Below, piece by piece: positions 41,102-55,620 of a stretch of DNA of 64,000 bases. Below the pieces are notes generated by a model. It was given only the letters and a program-made list of their open reading frames with translations. It searched no databases and was not told the origin of the DNA. The stretch is from NCBI RefSeq assembly GCF_009914755.1, contig NC_060939.1. One strand, written 5' to 3'. Origin of the DNA: the human T2T-CHM13v2.0 reference genome, Homo sapiens. Each line of letters starts with the position of its first letter. The stretch's first letter is position 1. Made by a program: the position numbers and the translations under genes.

Positions 41102-42468
41102 GGGTTCTTTTTTACATTCACAGCACAGTGACCATCCTCTTGCCAACCTTGGAAACTGCAGGGCTGAGTCTCCCTAGAGGAGATTTTTTTTTCTTTTTTT
41201 CTTTTTTTTTTTTTTTGCACGAAAGCACTATGGGTTAGCAGTGGCCTTGTTCCCATCACGGTCTGCATTTAGAAACCAATATCCATTTCCTTCATTGGCC
41301 CAGTTGGCTTCCATAAAGATATCAGATCTATTCCTTTCTTCTGTAATCTCCTATAATCCTATAATCTTCTCCTATAATCCAGTTTGCTTCTAGTCCAGGT
41401 TCCTCTAACCTCACTTGGAGCTACCCATAGCCTTTCGTTTTACCTCATGGGTGGCTGTGGTTTTCAACAGTGACTGCACACCACAATACTTGAGGAGATT
41501 CTGAAAATCCAGATGCCTCAGCTATGCCTCAAACCAATTAAATCAGAACCCCTGGCATGGGACCCAGCCATGGTTGGGAAACACTGGCTTACTAGAAACA
41601 ACTTGAACTTTAAGCCAATAAATAAAATTAAATGTCTGGGTTTAAGGGTCAGTTCCTCTGCTTATCACCATACAATCTTGGAGACGTTACTTTACTTTTT
41701 TCCTAGCCCAGTTCTTCAAATGCAAAACCCCCAGATCAATGCGTTCCCATCAAAATTGTTCTGCAAAACTGGTCAACCCTATAATCGTTCTACAACTGAC
41801 CCCAGAATAAGAAAAAGAGACACAGCCACTGGGACCAAGGAGGATGGGGAATGGGGAGGAGAATAGGCATGAGGTGCTAAAAATCTGGCTTGCCAGCTAG
41901 GAAACACTGGTTGAGAATAATGTAGGACCAGTTGCTCCATGAGGTTCCTTTCATCTCTAAAAATTGGTATTCTATCCATGTGTGCAAAGCTGGCAAGAAG
42001 ATAAATTTCTATGCTTCCACATGGATCAGAGGAGATTGTGAGTTGCCTAGATATGATGCCTTTTTTTTTTTTTTTTTTTTTTTTTCAGATTCAGGTCATC
42101 AGGCTCAGAGAATTTGCTGTTATTGCCAGTCCGTCCTCACAATGTAGTAAGTCCTCACTTTCCACATGCTAGGCTAAACCTTTTAGTTATTACCACTCAT
42201 GTCCAACCGGTTGGCTCCACTGAGAGACCAACAGGTGAAGCAAAGTCAACCACCCAAAGAATTTTAAAACCTTCAAGGATTTTTATCAAATCTCTTGCCT
42301 TGTCCCATTTTTTCAGCTACTTCTGCAAAGACAAGCCAGAGAGAGGAAGCAAACCTTCTCACATATCTTCTAATAAGGGCAATAATCTTGTTGTGAAGCC
42401 TCCACCTGATAACCTGATTATCTCCCTAAGGCCCCATCTCCAAATACCATCACATTGAGGTTTAGGGG

Positions 42469-42854
42469 TGTATTAGTCCATTCTCACACACTATAAATAA
42501 ATAACTGAGACTGAGTAATTTATAAGGAAAAGAGGTTTGATTGGCTCATGATTCTGCAGGTTGTACAGAAGATACAGTGGCTTCTGCTTCTGGGGAGGCC
42601 TCCAGCAACTTACAATTATGAGGGAAGGGGAAGCAGGCACATCTTACATGGCCAGAGCAAGAGGAAGGTGGGGAGGAGGAGCCACCCACTTTTAAACAAC
42701 CAGATCTCATGAGAACAGCAGCAGGAGATGGTGCTAAACCATTCATGGAGGACCACCCCCATGATCCAATCACTTCCTACCAGGCCCCACCTTTAACATT
42801 GGGGATTACTTCTTGACATGAGATTTGATAGGGACACAGATCCAAACCCTATCA
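42469..42854 (-). mobile_element. MST (MSTA/B) MaLR solo LTR nested in an older MLT1 remnant
   Basis: tgtattagtccattctcac...gggacacagatccaaaccctatca; near-perfect TSD agggg/aaggg. Confidence 0.88.
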
Positions 42855-43479
42855 AAGGGTTTGATGTACAGATCTTAGGGGCACATAAACATTAAACCCA
42901 TAGCAGACACCCCTTGACATCAATCACAGACCTCAGTCAGCCATTGACCCAGGGATGGTCATGGTATTATTAACCCACCTGAGGAGGCATGCTTCAGGGA
43001 GGACTTCCATGTTGACACCTCCAACGGAAGGGGCCAATGAAGGCAGCCTACTCGATCCCTCAGAGCTTGTGCCTCCTCCCACTTGTCAGGAGTATACTTT
43101 AAAACCCCATGCGGAGACACTGGCATTGCCTACCCAGAGATGAAGGCAGCATGGGCTCTTCCTCCAAGGAACCCCGAAAGCACGTAGTTTTCAGTCTTAT
43201 TATAAAGGCGAGGGATTATAAAAGAAAAAAACAGTGATGCTTCTTAACTGTAGTAATAATAAATACGTTTGCATCAGTGTGGCATAAGGCCTCTCTGTAG
43301 ATAACCTGGCTCTTGAGTGGAAAGCAGACGGCCCTGTGTGATTTTGTGGCTGAGTGCGGCTGAGCATCTCGGGGGCAGTGGCACACTGAGCGAGGCCGAG
43401 TGATAAGGAAGAAAAGGTGCTATGCAGACCTGTCCCTTCTTGTGACTCTCTGGCAATTCCCTACTGGGTTGGCCTTCTG

Positions 43480-44100
43480 GCCCCGTCAGCAGACCTCGGC
43501 CTGGCTTTCTCACACTCTTCACCTCTAGTCTCCAGTCATGCTGGCATTCCTGTGGATCTCCAAACATATTGGTGCCAGCCAGCCTCAGAAACTTGAGCCT
43601 TGCTTAGTCCATTTTCTGGAATGTTCTTTTCCAGATCCTTATGTGGCTGTCTTCTGCTTATTCTCTCAGGAGATCTTATCTTGAAGCATTAAGAGCAAGA
43701 ACACTGGAGCCAGCCTGCCTGGGCTCAAACCCCAGCTCTGTGTGCCTGAGTGGATGGACAGTTATGAAAATCAAATAAGCCAGTGCATGTAAAATCTTAG
43801 AATAATGCCTATTGCATGGTAAGTGTAAATAAGAGTTAACTATTATCATTCATCAATAATAACATGTCACCTCCTGTTAGAATAGTTTCCCCACCCATCC
43901 CAGTCATTCTCTCCCCTTACTCACTAACTGAAATTATGTTCTGAATTTGTTCGCTTGTTCATTCTTTCCCTCCCCACCACTAGAATACTTGCACCATGAG
44001 GACTTTGACTGTCTTGTTCTCTGCTGTATGCCCAGTGCCTAGCATCAGGCATATAGTAGGTGCTCAAGAAATAGATATTAAATAAAGTAATTCAGTGAAT
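43480..44100 (+). mobile_element. L2 3' fragment with an embedded MIR (~43690-43850)
   Basis: L2 tail cccagtgcctagcatcaggcatatagtaggtgctcaagaaata; MIR head ctggagccagcctgcctgggctcaaaccccagctctg. Confidence 0.7.
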
Positions 44101-44138
44101 GATATTCTGCATGCCAATTATTATTTTTTGGAGGTCCA

Positions 44139-44482
44139 TCTAAGTTTATTCAGGCTGCTATAACAAAACACCTTAGAGTGGGTAAGTTATAAACAACAGA
44201 GATGTAATGCTCACAGTTCTAGAGGCTGGGAAATCCAAGATCAAGGCACCAGCAGATTCTGTGCCTGTTGAGTCCCTGTTCCTCATCTTGGTGCATTCTG
44301 TGTGTCCTCACATGGTAAAGGAGGAAGGCAGCTCTCTCAAGCTTCTTTTAAAAGGTTACTAATCCCACTGAAGAGGGTGGAACCCTCATGACTTAATCAC
44401 CCCCAAAAGGCTCCAGCTCTTAATACTGTCATATTAGGTATTGGATTTCAACATACAAACTCTAGGGGACAGCAGCATAGCA
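44139..44482 (-). mobile_element. MLT1A/MSTD-like MaLR LTR
   Basis: caggctgctataacaaaacacc...ctcacagttctagaggctgggaaatccaagatcaaggcaccagcagatt...atttcaacat. Confidence 0.8.
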
Positions 44483-44874
44483 GGGTCATAAGTGAGTAAA
44501 GTGCTTCCAAGCTCATATATGTCATAATATGGCTCTTTCATAAAAATTAACCCTTTTCTTGCTCCCTTGCTCAAACTCTCTAAAAATATTAACACTTCAA
44601 TCTGCAAGATAGTGAACATGAAGACGTTAAATGGTAACTGTATAAGCTGCTGCAATTTAGACAAATTCTAGTAGTACATAGGATGTCTTCCAGTGTCTGG
44701 GTTTTTGCCCAATGGGCAATTTTCAGCTCTGACAAAATCAAAATGTGTTTTCCCTCCAGAGGTGATAGAGATCTGGCTTCTCACAGACAGCAGAACTTCA
44801 AAAGGAATTGAGTTATGGATAATGATGATGAAGAGCTCAGCAGAGCCATGAAGACCGGAAGATAAAACCGGTAA

Positions 44875-45225
<351 letters not shown>

Positions 45226-45239
45226 CGTCTTTTTATTTT

Positions 45240-45640
45240 TGATAGAAAACAAATTCCCAACCTTCCTTGCAGCTGTGTGTAGGTAAGTGACTAGTCCTGG
45301 CCCAAAGGATGTAAGTGGAAGTGGTGAGTGCAGCTTCCAGGAAGTTTCCTTGAAAGGATTTTTCTCCCTTATCTTTTTCCTGCTGTCTGTGAATGCAGAA
45401 CTGATGACTGGAGTTCAAGCAAGCCTGCTGGCTCATGAGGTAAACAGGAGTCATGCTTGGTGGAACCACAAGGGAGAAAGCTCCTGACTTCTTGAATATT
45501 TTGTGGAGCAGAGCTGCTGTACTTTCCCTGGACGACACATCTTCTAATTTTTATTTGAGAGAAAAATAACCTTCTATCTTTTAAAGCCATTGTTAATTTT
45601 GGATTCTTCTATTACTCATATCCCAACCCAATCTGAGTAA
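45240..45640 (+). mobile_element. Old MLT1 (J/K-like) LTR
   Basis: tgactagtcctggcccaaaggatgtaagtggaagt...ttttaaagccattgttaattttggattcttctattac. Confidence 0.6.
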
Positions 45641-46526
45641 ACACAGCCTTACAATGAGTAAATGCTGAATACATTTTGATCTATTAAATTATTAAATAAA
45701 GACAGGGTTGTCTGCAAAAGAAGGTTGTGACACAGAAAATGTAGACCAGTGTGGGCCAAGATCAGTGTAGGAAGAAGAGGCTCAGGAGACTCTTAGGTGC
45801 ACAATATAAGGGAAAAAAAATCCAGATCAAGCCTGAGCAGACAATTCTCTTAGCTAAATCCAATTAAACATTTTCTCTGTTCTTTAATGATAAGAAATTA
45901 AAAACTAACACCAGACTCTTGCTAGGTAGCACGGAAGTTCCTCTACTTAAGAACAGTTATGTTCTTTGTAAGTCTATTTGTTTGTGAGTCTGGAGGGAAC
46001 AAGGAGTATTTCCACTTAATCTGAGTGTAAGTCCCTTGAAACTTTAAAACCAGCAGATGCTGCTTCTTTATGCTAATAAATATTTTATGGGTCTTCTTTT
46101 CTCCAAAGTAGATCAGATCAGTGTAGCGGGGAAATCTGTGGAGCCAGGTAATTCCCTCCTGCCCCCACCCTCAGCCCATGGAGGGCCTCAGCTGCCACGA
46201 TAGCTGCAATGTGCCATGCCCCCACCCACTCTGGCCTGTGCAGATTTGAAAGACCTGAAACCAAGAACCATCCTGACACCACCACCTACCAAACCTCTGC
46301 TTCAGTTGCTTCTATCACTGCCCTTGTCTCGTTTCTTTCATGGCACTTACCAGCGTTTACACTTCTATATTTCTGTTTGTTTGTTGTCTGCTCCCTCCAT
46401 CCCCCATTCTTCCATAGACTATCAGTTCCTTACAGGCAGGGACTAGCTATATCTGTTTTAGTCACTAATGTGTTCCCCGTAGCCAGCACAATGTTTGGCT
46501 CATAGTGGACACTCAGTAAAATAGGT

Positions 46527-46819
46527 GGCTGAGCATGGTGGCTCCTGCCTGTAATCCCAGCACTGAGAGGCCGAGGCAGGTGCATAACCTGAGGTCAGGA
46601 GTTCAAGACCAGCCTGGCCACATGGCAAAACCCCATCGCTACTAAAAAAATACAAAAATTAGCTGGGTGAGGTGGTGGGTACCTGTAATCCCAGCTACTT
46701 GGGAGGTTGAGGCAGGGAGAACTGCTTGAACCCAGGAGGTGGAGGCTGCAGTGAGCTGAGATTGCGCCACTGCACTCCAGCCTGAACGACAGAGTGAGAC
46801 TCTGTCCCAAAAAATAAAA
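46527..46819 (+). mobile_element. AluSx SINE in an L2 tail
   Basis: Full dimer; TSD taaaataggt(g) on both sides. Confidence 0.95.
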
Positions 46820-47308
46820 TAAAATAGGTGCTGAGTGAACGAATGAATGAACAGTTCAGCAACAGCACCTTCAGCATATTCTGCCGTTTAGGTCACTGAG
46901 CTATGTCCCAGATCTCTCCTGAATGAGTATCTGGCTGATAGGTAGCCCATCTGGATGCGGATCTTGCAGTGCTCTGCTCTAGTTTTTGTGTTTGTCCTTT
47001 TTCCTCCTCTCTTGCTGAGTATCATGGACGGTGTATGCACAGCGCATTGCAAGTTAAGTGCTTTGTCCTTCTGAACCACACCTCCTTTTGGAAAACTCAC
47101 AGCACATAGAGCAACAGGCATTATTTTTCTCAGCACTTTCAATCTTTCAATTCCATACAATTCTCTTCTTTCAATTCCATAACAATTGCACACCTTTTAT
47201 TTCAGCAATTTAAAACGTTCACTGCGTTTGTATTCACTGGATACAATGAAATTAATGTTTGCAAAATACCTTGGAACTAAATAGAACCCCAGCAAGATTG
47301 CCACTAAG

Positions 47309-47658
47309 AGTTATGTGTCACTTAACCACGGGGATACATTCTGAGAAATGTGTCATTGGGTGATTTTGTCATTGTGTGAACATCACAGAGTGCACTTACA
47401 CAAACCTAAATGGTCTAGCCTACTACACACCTAGCCTACTACACACACAAGAGGCTGTATGGTATAGCCTGTTGCTCCTAGGCAACAAGCCTGCACCGCA
47501 TGCTCCTATGCCAAATACTGTAGGCAACTGTCACACAGTGGTAGGTATTTGTGTACCTAAACATAGAAAAGGTACAGTAAAAATACAGTCTTATATCTTA
47601 TGGGACACACCTGTTTCCTGTTGTTACATGAAACTCTGTTATCTGGTGCATGACTGTA
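47309..47658 (+). mobile_element. Tigger3a (MER7A/GOLEM) TcMar MITE
   Basis: cacttaaccacggggatacattctgagaaatgtgtcattggg...catagaaaaggtacagtaaaaatac...gtgcatgactgta. Confidence 0.85.
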
Positions 47659-50600
47659 CAACAAAGGACTCTATGGTCCAGACTAAAAGAACCTCACACT
47701 GCAACTACCACCACCTTTGGTGGGAGGCTGAGTTAATGTGATCTTGTTTTGTAGCTTTGTGTTGTTTCTATCTATAAAAGTTTGCAACTTGGAAATTCAT
47801 AAGCAGAGAAGCTGTTTGTTTTAAAAATGTGTAGTTTGTTAGGTTTAATTATACTTATAAATTCAGAGTATTATCTCTTTTAATCTCTTTCCATTGTGTG
47901 TGTTCGAACAGTCTCATTTATTCATTTGTATTGAATTCTCAAGGTCTGGGGATAAAAAATTCTACTGAATATTGCTATAATTTGATTTGTCCCACACTGT
48001 GCTCTGTAGAGTGTTAATAGATGTTCCCACCTAAAAAAAAAATCTGTGATAAAATAAATTTAGGAACCCTGTCATACCTTGCTCTGATATACTTACAATG
48101 TGCATTATCATTTATAAGGTTCTGCTTAACCAATGTGTATTATCGCCTAAACTTTTTTTTTAACCTAGTGTTTCTTAAACTTGCCTGACCATAGAACTCT
48201 TTCTTAAATGTAACATTCAGTGTTCCAGTATTTTTAGGGAAATGCTGAACTATACATTTATCTGGCAGATTATAAATGTTTCTTGGAATCAAGATACTGG
48301 TGCAAAAATAAGCCAAAACCATGATTATAGCACTCCTGACAGAATATTGTCTTTGCAAAGCTCATTTCAGTCCTGGTGTGCAACACTTCAAACCAGCACA
48401 GTGACAGAAGACAACACCTGCTTGACATTCTGGAAAGGGTCCTCATTCTGTCTTGTTCAGGGATAACGAACACCTTTTCCCAGCAGGTGAAGCAGCATCT
48501 CAGCAATTGTTGCATTTTGTGGAAGGGAAACATGAGAAAATTCCAGCAGGTACAGGAAGGCTGGAAGCACTTGTTTTATTTTTTGAGTAGGTTCATCTTG
48601 GCTTGTGCACGTCTTAATCTGAGTAAGACAAATATTATTCACAGTGTAGGCGTGGCAGCTCAGGAGGACAATAATGGAAGCTCCAGTTTCACATTTTTTT
48701 TTATTTGGTGTACATTCTATGCATCAAAACTATATAGGATGTTTCAATGTTCTTTTGAGAGTTCAAGCTGAGAAAACTCCCGTGGTTGGTGCATCCCTGA
48801 AATACTAATCACCACACCAAAATTTTACAGAAGAGAGAGGAAAAGAAAGAGGGTGGTGGTGGGAGGGTAGGGGTGAGTGGTTATAAAGTTACAAAGCATT
48901 AGAAAATTTCCTGAGTGTCAGGAATTTAAAATTAAAGGACTCAAACTTAGAAAACCTCTGTGGAAATGATGATATGAATGGACATTTGCATGCTCAACCT
49001 TGATGACTGGCTATCAATAACCCTGAGCAACATCAGGGTTTGAAACTATTAGCCTCTAACTACCCTATAAGAACTGCAGAAAGTCAACTGACTGTGACTA
49101 GTGGCTGTGAATGTTCTTTAACTTCATCATTTCTAATGCTTTTACAGTGTCCCCTAACTCCACATAAGCGATAGGTGTCAGTCCTGTTAATATCACTAGA
49201 GCCAGGTGGCCACAGATGACCAGCTGAATGCTTTGATTGACTTGATGCTCAGTGTCTTCAACTTTCAAAATGCATTTTTAAGTTGAATTTCTGGCTTTCA
49301 AGTGAATTGATACAACTGATGAATCCAGAGGAATGACCCTTGTATGCACTTAATTCTATGAGGAATATTTTTGGGAATCGTTTGATAATTTCCTATCCTT
49401 GGGTTGTTTCACTGGCATAAATATCTTAGACATGGATTCCCAGGAGGAATGATCCAATTCATTCTCAAGAGGCTTTTGTGCTGCTATTATAATTATAATC
49501 ATCATCAGCATCATTACCAATCCTTACATTTGTAAAGCTGTATTCATCAGGACTGTTGGTGGTGACTGATAGCACCACAATTCAATGAGGTTTTATTGGC
49601 TCATGAAGTTTAAAAAATCCAGAGGTAGAGGTGGATTCAGCCATTCCATCTAAATAACACCTCACCTCGGTCTTCCCCTATTCTGCTGTAAATTTTCTTC
49701 TTAGAATCTATTACTACCTGGCATTATATCATGCATTTATTTAGTGTTTGTGTATTGCCAGGGCTGCCCACTGGAATGCAAGCACCATGAGAGTAGGGTC
49801 TTTCTTTCATTTATCACCAAATGCCAAGAATCCAGAAATTGTTATGGACTATAAGAGGAACTTAATAACTAGTTGTGGAATGAAAAAATGAATTATTTGA
49901 TGCAGATGCTGAAACGACATCATCAGAAATTTGTCTTTAAACATCTCTCTGCTTTTCTCTGTGTTGTTCTCATTCTCAAGACTGCCTATTCCCTGGAGAC
50001 AAGATGGCTTCCAGGAGAAAGAGCACTTTTTTTCCCCCTCAATATAACCAGCAAAAGGCTTATTGGCCAGCTTAGGTCATATGACCATCCTTCAGCCAAT
50101 GAGCATGGCCAAGGGGAAGGTGTTGGCCCCAGTGAACCAAAAAGTTTAAGGGCGGGAGGATGCAGGCCGAACAGACCTAACAAGAAACTGTGGCTAAAAT
50201 AATAGAGTTTATTAATTGCTTTCAGTTGCATTATCTCAGCCGATCCTCACAAAAGCTTGTGAGGAGAGTAGAACAGATATTATTATCCCCATTTTAGAAA
50301 TAACGAAATGGAGGCTCAAAAAAGGTATGCCTCTTCAAGCAATCAGGAAGTGGTGGAGCTCTGTCTCAATCTTAAAACCAGTAAGAGAACCCTTACCGGG
50401 AACCAGACCTGCTGAGCCTTGATCTTGGACTTCCCAGCCTCCAGAACTGTGAGAAGTAAATTTCTGTTGTTGAAGCCACCCATTCTATGCTAATTTGTTG
50501 TAGCAATCCAAGCTGATTAAGATAGGGTCTTTAGAGGGTCTGCCCGAAGAATTGAAGCCAGTAACACAGCCTGTCTGTCCATCTTGTATTGAAATGGACA

Positions 50601-50991
50601 TCTTGTATTGAGAAATCACCCATCTGTTTATACCATGAGAGAAACATCACCTTCTGTCTCACTCTGCCACTTGAAAACCTTCAAAGGCTCCCATTCCTAT
50701 AAAACAGAGCAAACTCCCATTGAGTGAATGGCTTTTTAGTGACCTGATTTCGGCCCCACTATTCAGCTTCATCTCTCACCATTTTCCATTATGCTTTGAT
50801 GGGGACAAATAAACCATACCCAATCCACAGCAAGTATTCACCTCAGTAGCTCTAAATGCCATGCATATACTACTATTTCTTGATATTTTGTGTGTAGGAA
50901 ATATGTATTAACTTCCCACTCAGGAAGATGAAGTGTTGACTCTTTCATCTCCCTTTCCCTGCCTCCCACCAACACACACGTACTTCCCACC

Positions 50992-51436
50992 TGTGTTAGG
51001 TTTGTAGGGATGCCATAACAAAGTGCCACAAACTAGGTGACAAACAACAGAAATGTATTGTCTCACAGTCCTGGGGACTAGAACTCTGAAGTCAGGGTGT
51101 CAGCAAGGTTGGTTCCTTCTGAAACTGTGAGGAAAAAACTGTCCTATGCCTCTCTCTTAGTTTCTGGTGGTTTGCTAGGAATCTTTGGCATTTCTTGGCC
51201 TATGGCAGCATAACTCCAATCTTCACAACAATGTTTTCACTGTGTCTCTGTCTCTATATATTCAGATTTCTCCTTTTTATAATGCACCAGTCATATTGAA
51301 CTGGAGCTTACTCCAAAGGCTGCATCTTAACTTGATCATCTGCAGAGAACTTATTTTCAAATGAAGTCACATTCACAGGTATTGAGGATTAGGACGTCAA
51401 CATATTTTATGGGAACACAATTCAACCTGTAATAAC
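50992..51436 (-). mobile_element. MLT1B/C MaLR LTR
   Basis: gccataacaaagtgccacaaactaggtg...aacaacagaaatgtattgtctcacagt...gtcacattcacaggtattgaggattaggac...acaattcaacc. Confidence 0.8.
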
Positions 51437-51439
51437 ATC

Positions 51440-54260
51440 CTTTCAAAACTGTATAATTATGTCATCAATTTGGTTAGATTAATGTTCAGTATTTACACTG
51501 TAATAAACCCACAGTTATGCAGAGCTCAGCTATGTAGTAAACTATGGTTTTATTTTTTTCCTGAATAATTTTTTGTTGTATCTGAAGTTAATAATAGTTT
51601 TTCAATCACTTTAATTTTTATGTTCTTACCATCAGTTTAAACAAATCCTTCTGCCAGTTGTCTAAATCTTTTCTCATCCCATTCACTCATCTCAACTGTC
51701 TGTCAATTTCATCTTGATCCCCAGGGCTTCTAACCTGCTCTAATCTGTTCAGGTTGATCTTTGGAGGATGTACCTTCCCTGCTATGCTGAAGATTCTCTA
51801 TTTCCTGTTTCTTGAATCAGATGTCTTCCTTTCATTAGTTACTACTTTGATTTATGGAACATAGTCTCCAGTAGCTTCTTGAGAAAGAATGTGTAGAAAG
51901 TAAATATTTGAGACGCTTTTTTTCAACAATATTCATATCCTGTTGTCATGCTCAATAGATAGTTTGGCTGGGTATAGAACTGTAGGTAGGAAATCCTTTC
52001 TCTTTGGAATTTTGATAGCACCACTCCATTGTCTTCTAGCTTCCAACACTGCTGTTGAGAAATCTGAACCATTCAACTGCCTGATCATTTATATTAACCT
52101 ATTTATTTCCCTCTGAAAGCTTACAAGAGCTTCATTTGTCCCAATTATAGTAGGAAGAATTCTAAGATGACCCTCAATGGGTTACACTCATGTGTAATCT
52201 GAGGACAGAAACTGAGACTTACTTCTAGTGAATAGAATATACCAAAGGTGATGGGAAAGTCATTCCCTTGGTTAGGTTACATTCTATAACAAAGGTGATG
52301 GGATAGTCACTCATGTGATTATTTTATGTTATATAAAACTCCATCTTAGACTGGAGTGAGAGATTTTTCTGCAGACTTTGAAAAACTAAAACTAAGTTAT
52401 CATGTTGCGAGATGGTCTATGAAAGCACAATATGGCAAGGGTACCTCTGAGAGATGAGAGTAGCTCCCAGCTGACAGCCAGCAAGGAAGCAAGGACCTCA
52501 GTCCTACAACCACAAGGAACTGAGTTTTGCCAACAGTATCACATGAGATTGGAAGAGAACCCCAAACTCCAGATAGGAACAAAGCCTGGATTGCAGCCTC
52601 ATGAGACCCTGAGTAGAGGACTCAGTTACACTATGTCTAAACCCCTGACCCATAGAAACCATGCTATGCTAAATGTATGTCCATTTGAACTACTTAAGTT
52701 TATGGTAATTTATTACACAGCAGTATAAAACTCATACTAATACAACAGCATTCTAAAATTTCAGAATATAAATGTTAGTGTTGGGTTTTCATGTTCTTAA
52801 GTTATAAACTTTTTAAAATTACTTCGTTGATGATTTTCTCTTGTTCACTGTCTTTGTTTTATCCTTCTGACACTCTTATTATTCAGATGTTGAGCATTTT
52901 AGATTGAAACTCTATATTTTTTTTCCTCTTCTACTTTGTGTTTTTCTTGTCTTCCTGGTATACTATCTGAGAAATTTGCCTAGCTTTATCTTCTAACCCT
53001 TCTATTGAGTTTTCCACTTCCACTACCATGATTTTAGTTTCTAAAAGTTTATTTTGTTCTCTAAATGTCCATTCTCTTTGGATAGCATCATGTTCTTGTT
53101 TCACAGATGCTATCCTACCTATTTCCTTTTTCCTGTCCTATTCTTGTTTCCTACCTGTTGCCTTTTTCTGTCTGCCTACTAGCTTGTTTGGTATTCAATC
53201 ATTCACATTAGAGTCATTCTCACATTCTCAAATCTCTGATAATTATATTTAAGAGTGGGGACCTAAAGCATTGATTGAAAGTCCTGAGCTCATTGTGGCA
53301 CTTGTTGATTGTGAACTACACTGTTAAGTGATACAGCTGGGCCATTTGCTAGGGAACCTCAATGTAAGTCTCTTCAGTCTTTCTTATTGAGCTACTCAGA
53401 TTCCCCAGAAACATTTATTCTAATCTCCTGCTAGGAAGTTAAAGGGCTGTGTTCTGGGATTCAAAGAGGGCACAGAGTAGAGGAGAAAGCCTCGGAGTCT
53501 AAGCATCCAGTTTGCATTCAGTCATTCTGTCTCCCTATTTTCAGTATGGTACCCATAACATTGACTATGCCTGGTGTCCTCTATCTATGGACACTCTCTT
53601 TTACCTCTCCAGAAAATAAACCCCTTGTATCTTGGCCAGGATGTTAGGGCTTCCTAACCCATCAGCAAGGAATGAGGGAGAAAATGTAGGAGTCTAACTG
53701 CTTCTTTTTTATTGTGGTAAAACATATATGACATAACATTTGCTACTTTAATCGTAGTGTGAATTACATTCACAGTGTTGTGCAACCATCACTACTATTT
53801 ACTTCCAGAATTTTTCATCACCCCAAACACAAACTCTGTACTCATTAGGCAATAATTCCCCATTCCTGTTTCTGAAACAGATTTCCACCAATCCTCTTTA
53901 TTCCCACCTCTATCTCCAGTTCTGAGAGTTTCTGATGCCAGTAATCCCTGAGCCTTTGAGGATTCTGCAGTGTAAATTTGGTTGGTTGGTGGGTTTTTTC
54001 ACTGCTGCTTTCAGAGTCTTCTTTCTCAGGTCAGCTACATATGTTATCACTTGTCCACCTCCTTTCTAGCTTCCAAAATGATACCATTGTCTCCACTCTC
54101 ATTTTACCCAAACTTGTGGATTTGTAGCAAAAAAAGGAACCCTTTACTGGTGGTTTTAGTGGAGTTACAGGACAGTATGAATTTAGATGAGTGTACTCAG
54201 CTCTGCTCTCTGATCAACTTGCCAAACACTCTAACTTCCAACTGCTTTTTAGCTGATTTT
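51440..54260 (-). mobile_element. Old L1M (ME/MC-like) fragments
   Basis: tagtttggctgggtatagaac...ctccattgtcttctagcttcc...gctgttgagaaatctga. A separate L1MB-like 3' end lies at ~53705-53870. Confidence 0.65.
52148..52745 (+). mobile_element. MLT1D/E MaLR LTR
   Basis: agaattctaagatgaccc...cagctgacagccagcaaggaagcaaggacctcagtcctacaaccacaaggaactga...taatttattacacagcag...ctaataca. Confidence 0.85.
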
Positions 54261-54699
54261 CTTAAGTAGATGATCATATTATGTACAGATAGAGTTTTCA
54301 GACTTCTTGCAACATGTTCTGTTAAGTTGATGCAGCTCTTCCCTTCAGTTACAAACACATAGAAACACTTGATATTGTTTTTAAAATATGGCTGCACTTG
54401 AAAGAAAGAAAGGGAAATGTCATAGTGCCAGAAATCAAGAGATAAGACAGAGCCAAAAAGGTACAGGAAGGTCATGACCATCTGCAGAGGGTTTAGGGTC
54501 TATAAACCAGGGTTCTAAAACCCACACAAGTACAGGAGATGCTTCCTTGGCCCTTGAGATGGGGAAGCTGAAACCGAGCTGTAATAGGTGATTTTTGTGT
54601 CCAACATCATTTGCCCCTGGTCAGTCTCTGATTTCCCTAGAGATGAGTGTTTCACTTCTAGCATGCACCTGAGAAGAGGGACCAGAACACATGAGTCTA

Positions 54700-55620
54700 G
54701 TAGACCAAGGTAAGACGTTTGAAAGAATTTCACATGACAGAGTGATGTTATCTGATTCACATTTCCAAGAGATTCCTCTGGCTGCTGTGTGGAGAATAGA
54801 TATTAGTGGAAGGAGGGAAATAAGTTGGGAGAGCATGCCAATAGTCAAGAGGAGCATTCTGGTTATCTATCACCGTGTAACAAACTACCCCAAATTCAGA
54901 AGCATTAAAACTATAACTTTCTGGCATATAGAGAAAACTGTAAAAATTTTTAAATAAAAAAACAAAATATTATTTTATTATGGTCATTATCTATGAGTCA
55001 AGAATTCAGAAAGAGTGCAATCGACATGGTTTATCTATGCTCATGATGTCTGAAGCCTCAGGTTGGAAGTCTCAAATGGCTGAGATGATTTAAATGGGTG
55101 GGAACTGCACTAGCGGAGTTAAGCTGGAACTGTTAATTGGAATACCAACATGCCTGCCTCTTGGGTTTCCTCATAGCATGGCAGCTTAGTTACAATAGGG
55201 AGCATCCAAAGTGAGTGTTCCAAGAGAAGCAAAAAGAAGCTTTTTATGATCTATTCAGAGAAGTCACATAGCTTCACTTCCACCATATGCAATTAGTTAA
55301 AGTAGTCTTGGGCCCACCCAGGTTCAAGGGGGAAGGAACATCAACTCCACCTCTTGATGCCAAAAGTGTTAAAGAATTTGGGGACCATGTTTTAAAACTG
55401 CTAAGGGAGAGATTATTATGGCTACAAACAGAGTGATTAGCAGTGAAGATGGAGAGTGAAGACAGATTCAAGAGGCATTTAGGAGTCAAGTCAAGAAACT
55501 TGCTGTTGAATTATATGCTGGAGAAAGGGGATGATGGTGATGTAAAAAGAAGAATCATGAATGACTTCTAGGTTTTGGGGCCAAGCACTTGGGTAGATGG
55601 TAGTGCCATTTCTGGGCTGG
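54700..55620 (-). mobile_element. L2 fragment interrupted by an MLT1 LTR (~54855-55400)
   Basis: L2 antisense gagattcctctggctgctgtgtggagaataga and gaatgacttctaggttttgg; MLT1 gtaacaaactaccccaaa...ctcatagcatggcagc. Confidence 0.65.

Noticed and set aside
48270-48771. Overlapping ORFs on both strands (up to 131 aa)
   Set aside because: No identifiable homology; lengths are consistent with chance in 64 kb.
47135-50612. Short local duplications (tctttcaattccata ~47140-47180; ctagcctactacacac ~47415-47446; catcttgtattga ~50580-50612)
   Set aside because: Two copies each, typical slippage events; no array or CRISPR-like repeat-spacer organisation.
52241-52335. Tandem duplication caaaggtgatggga...
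   Set aside because: Lies inside the MLT1D/E LTR and is probably part of that family's consensus.
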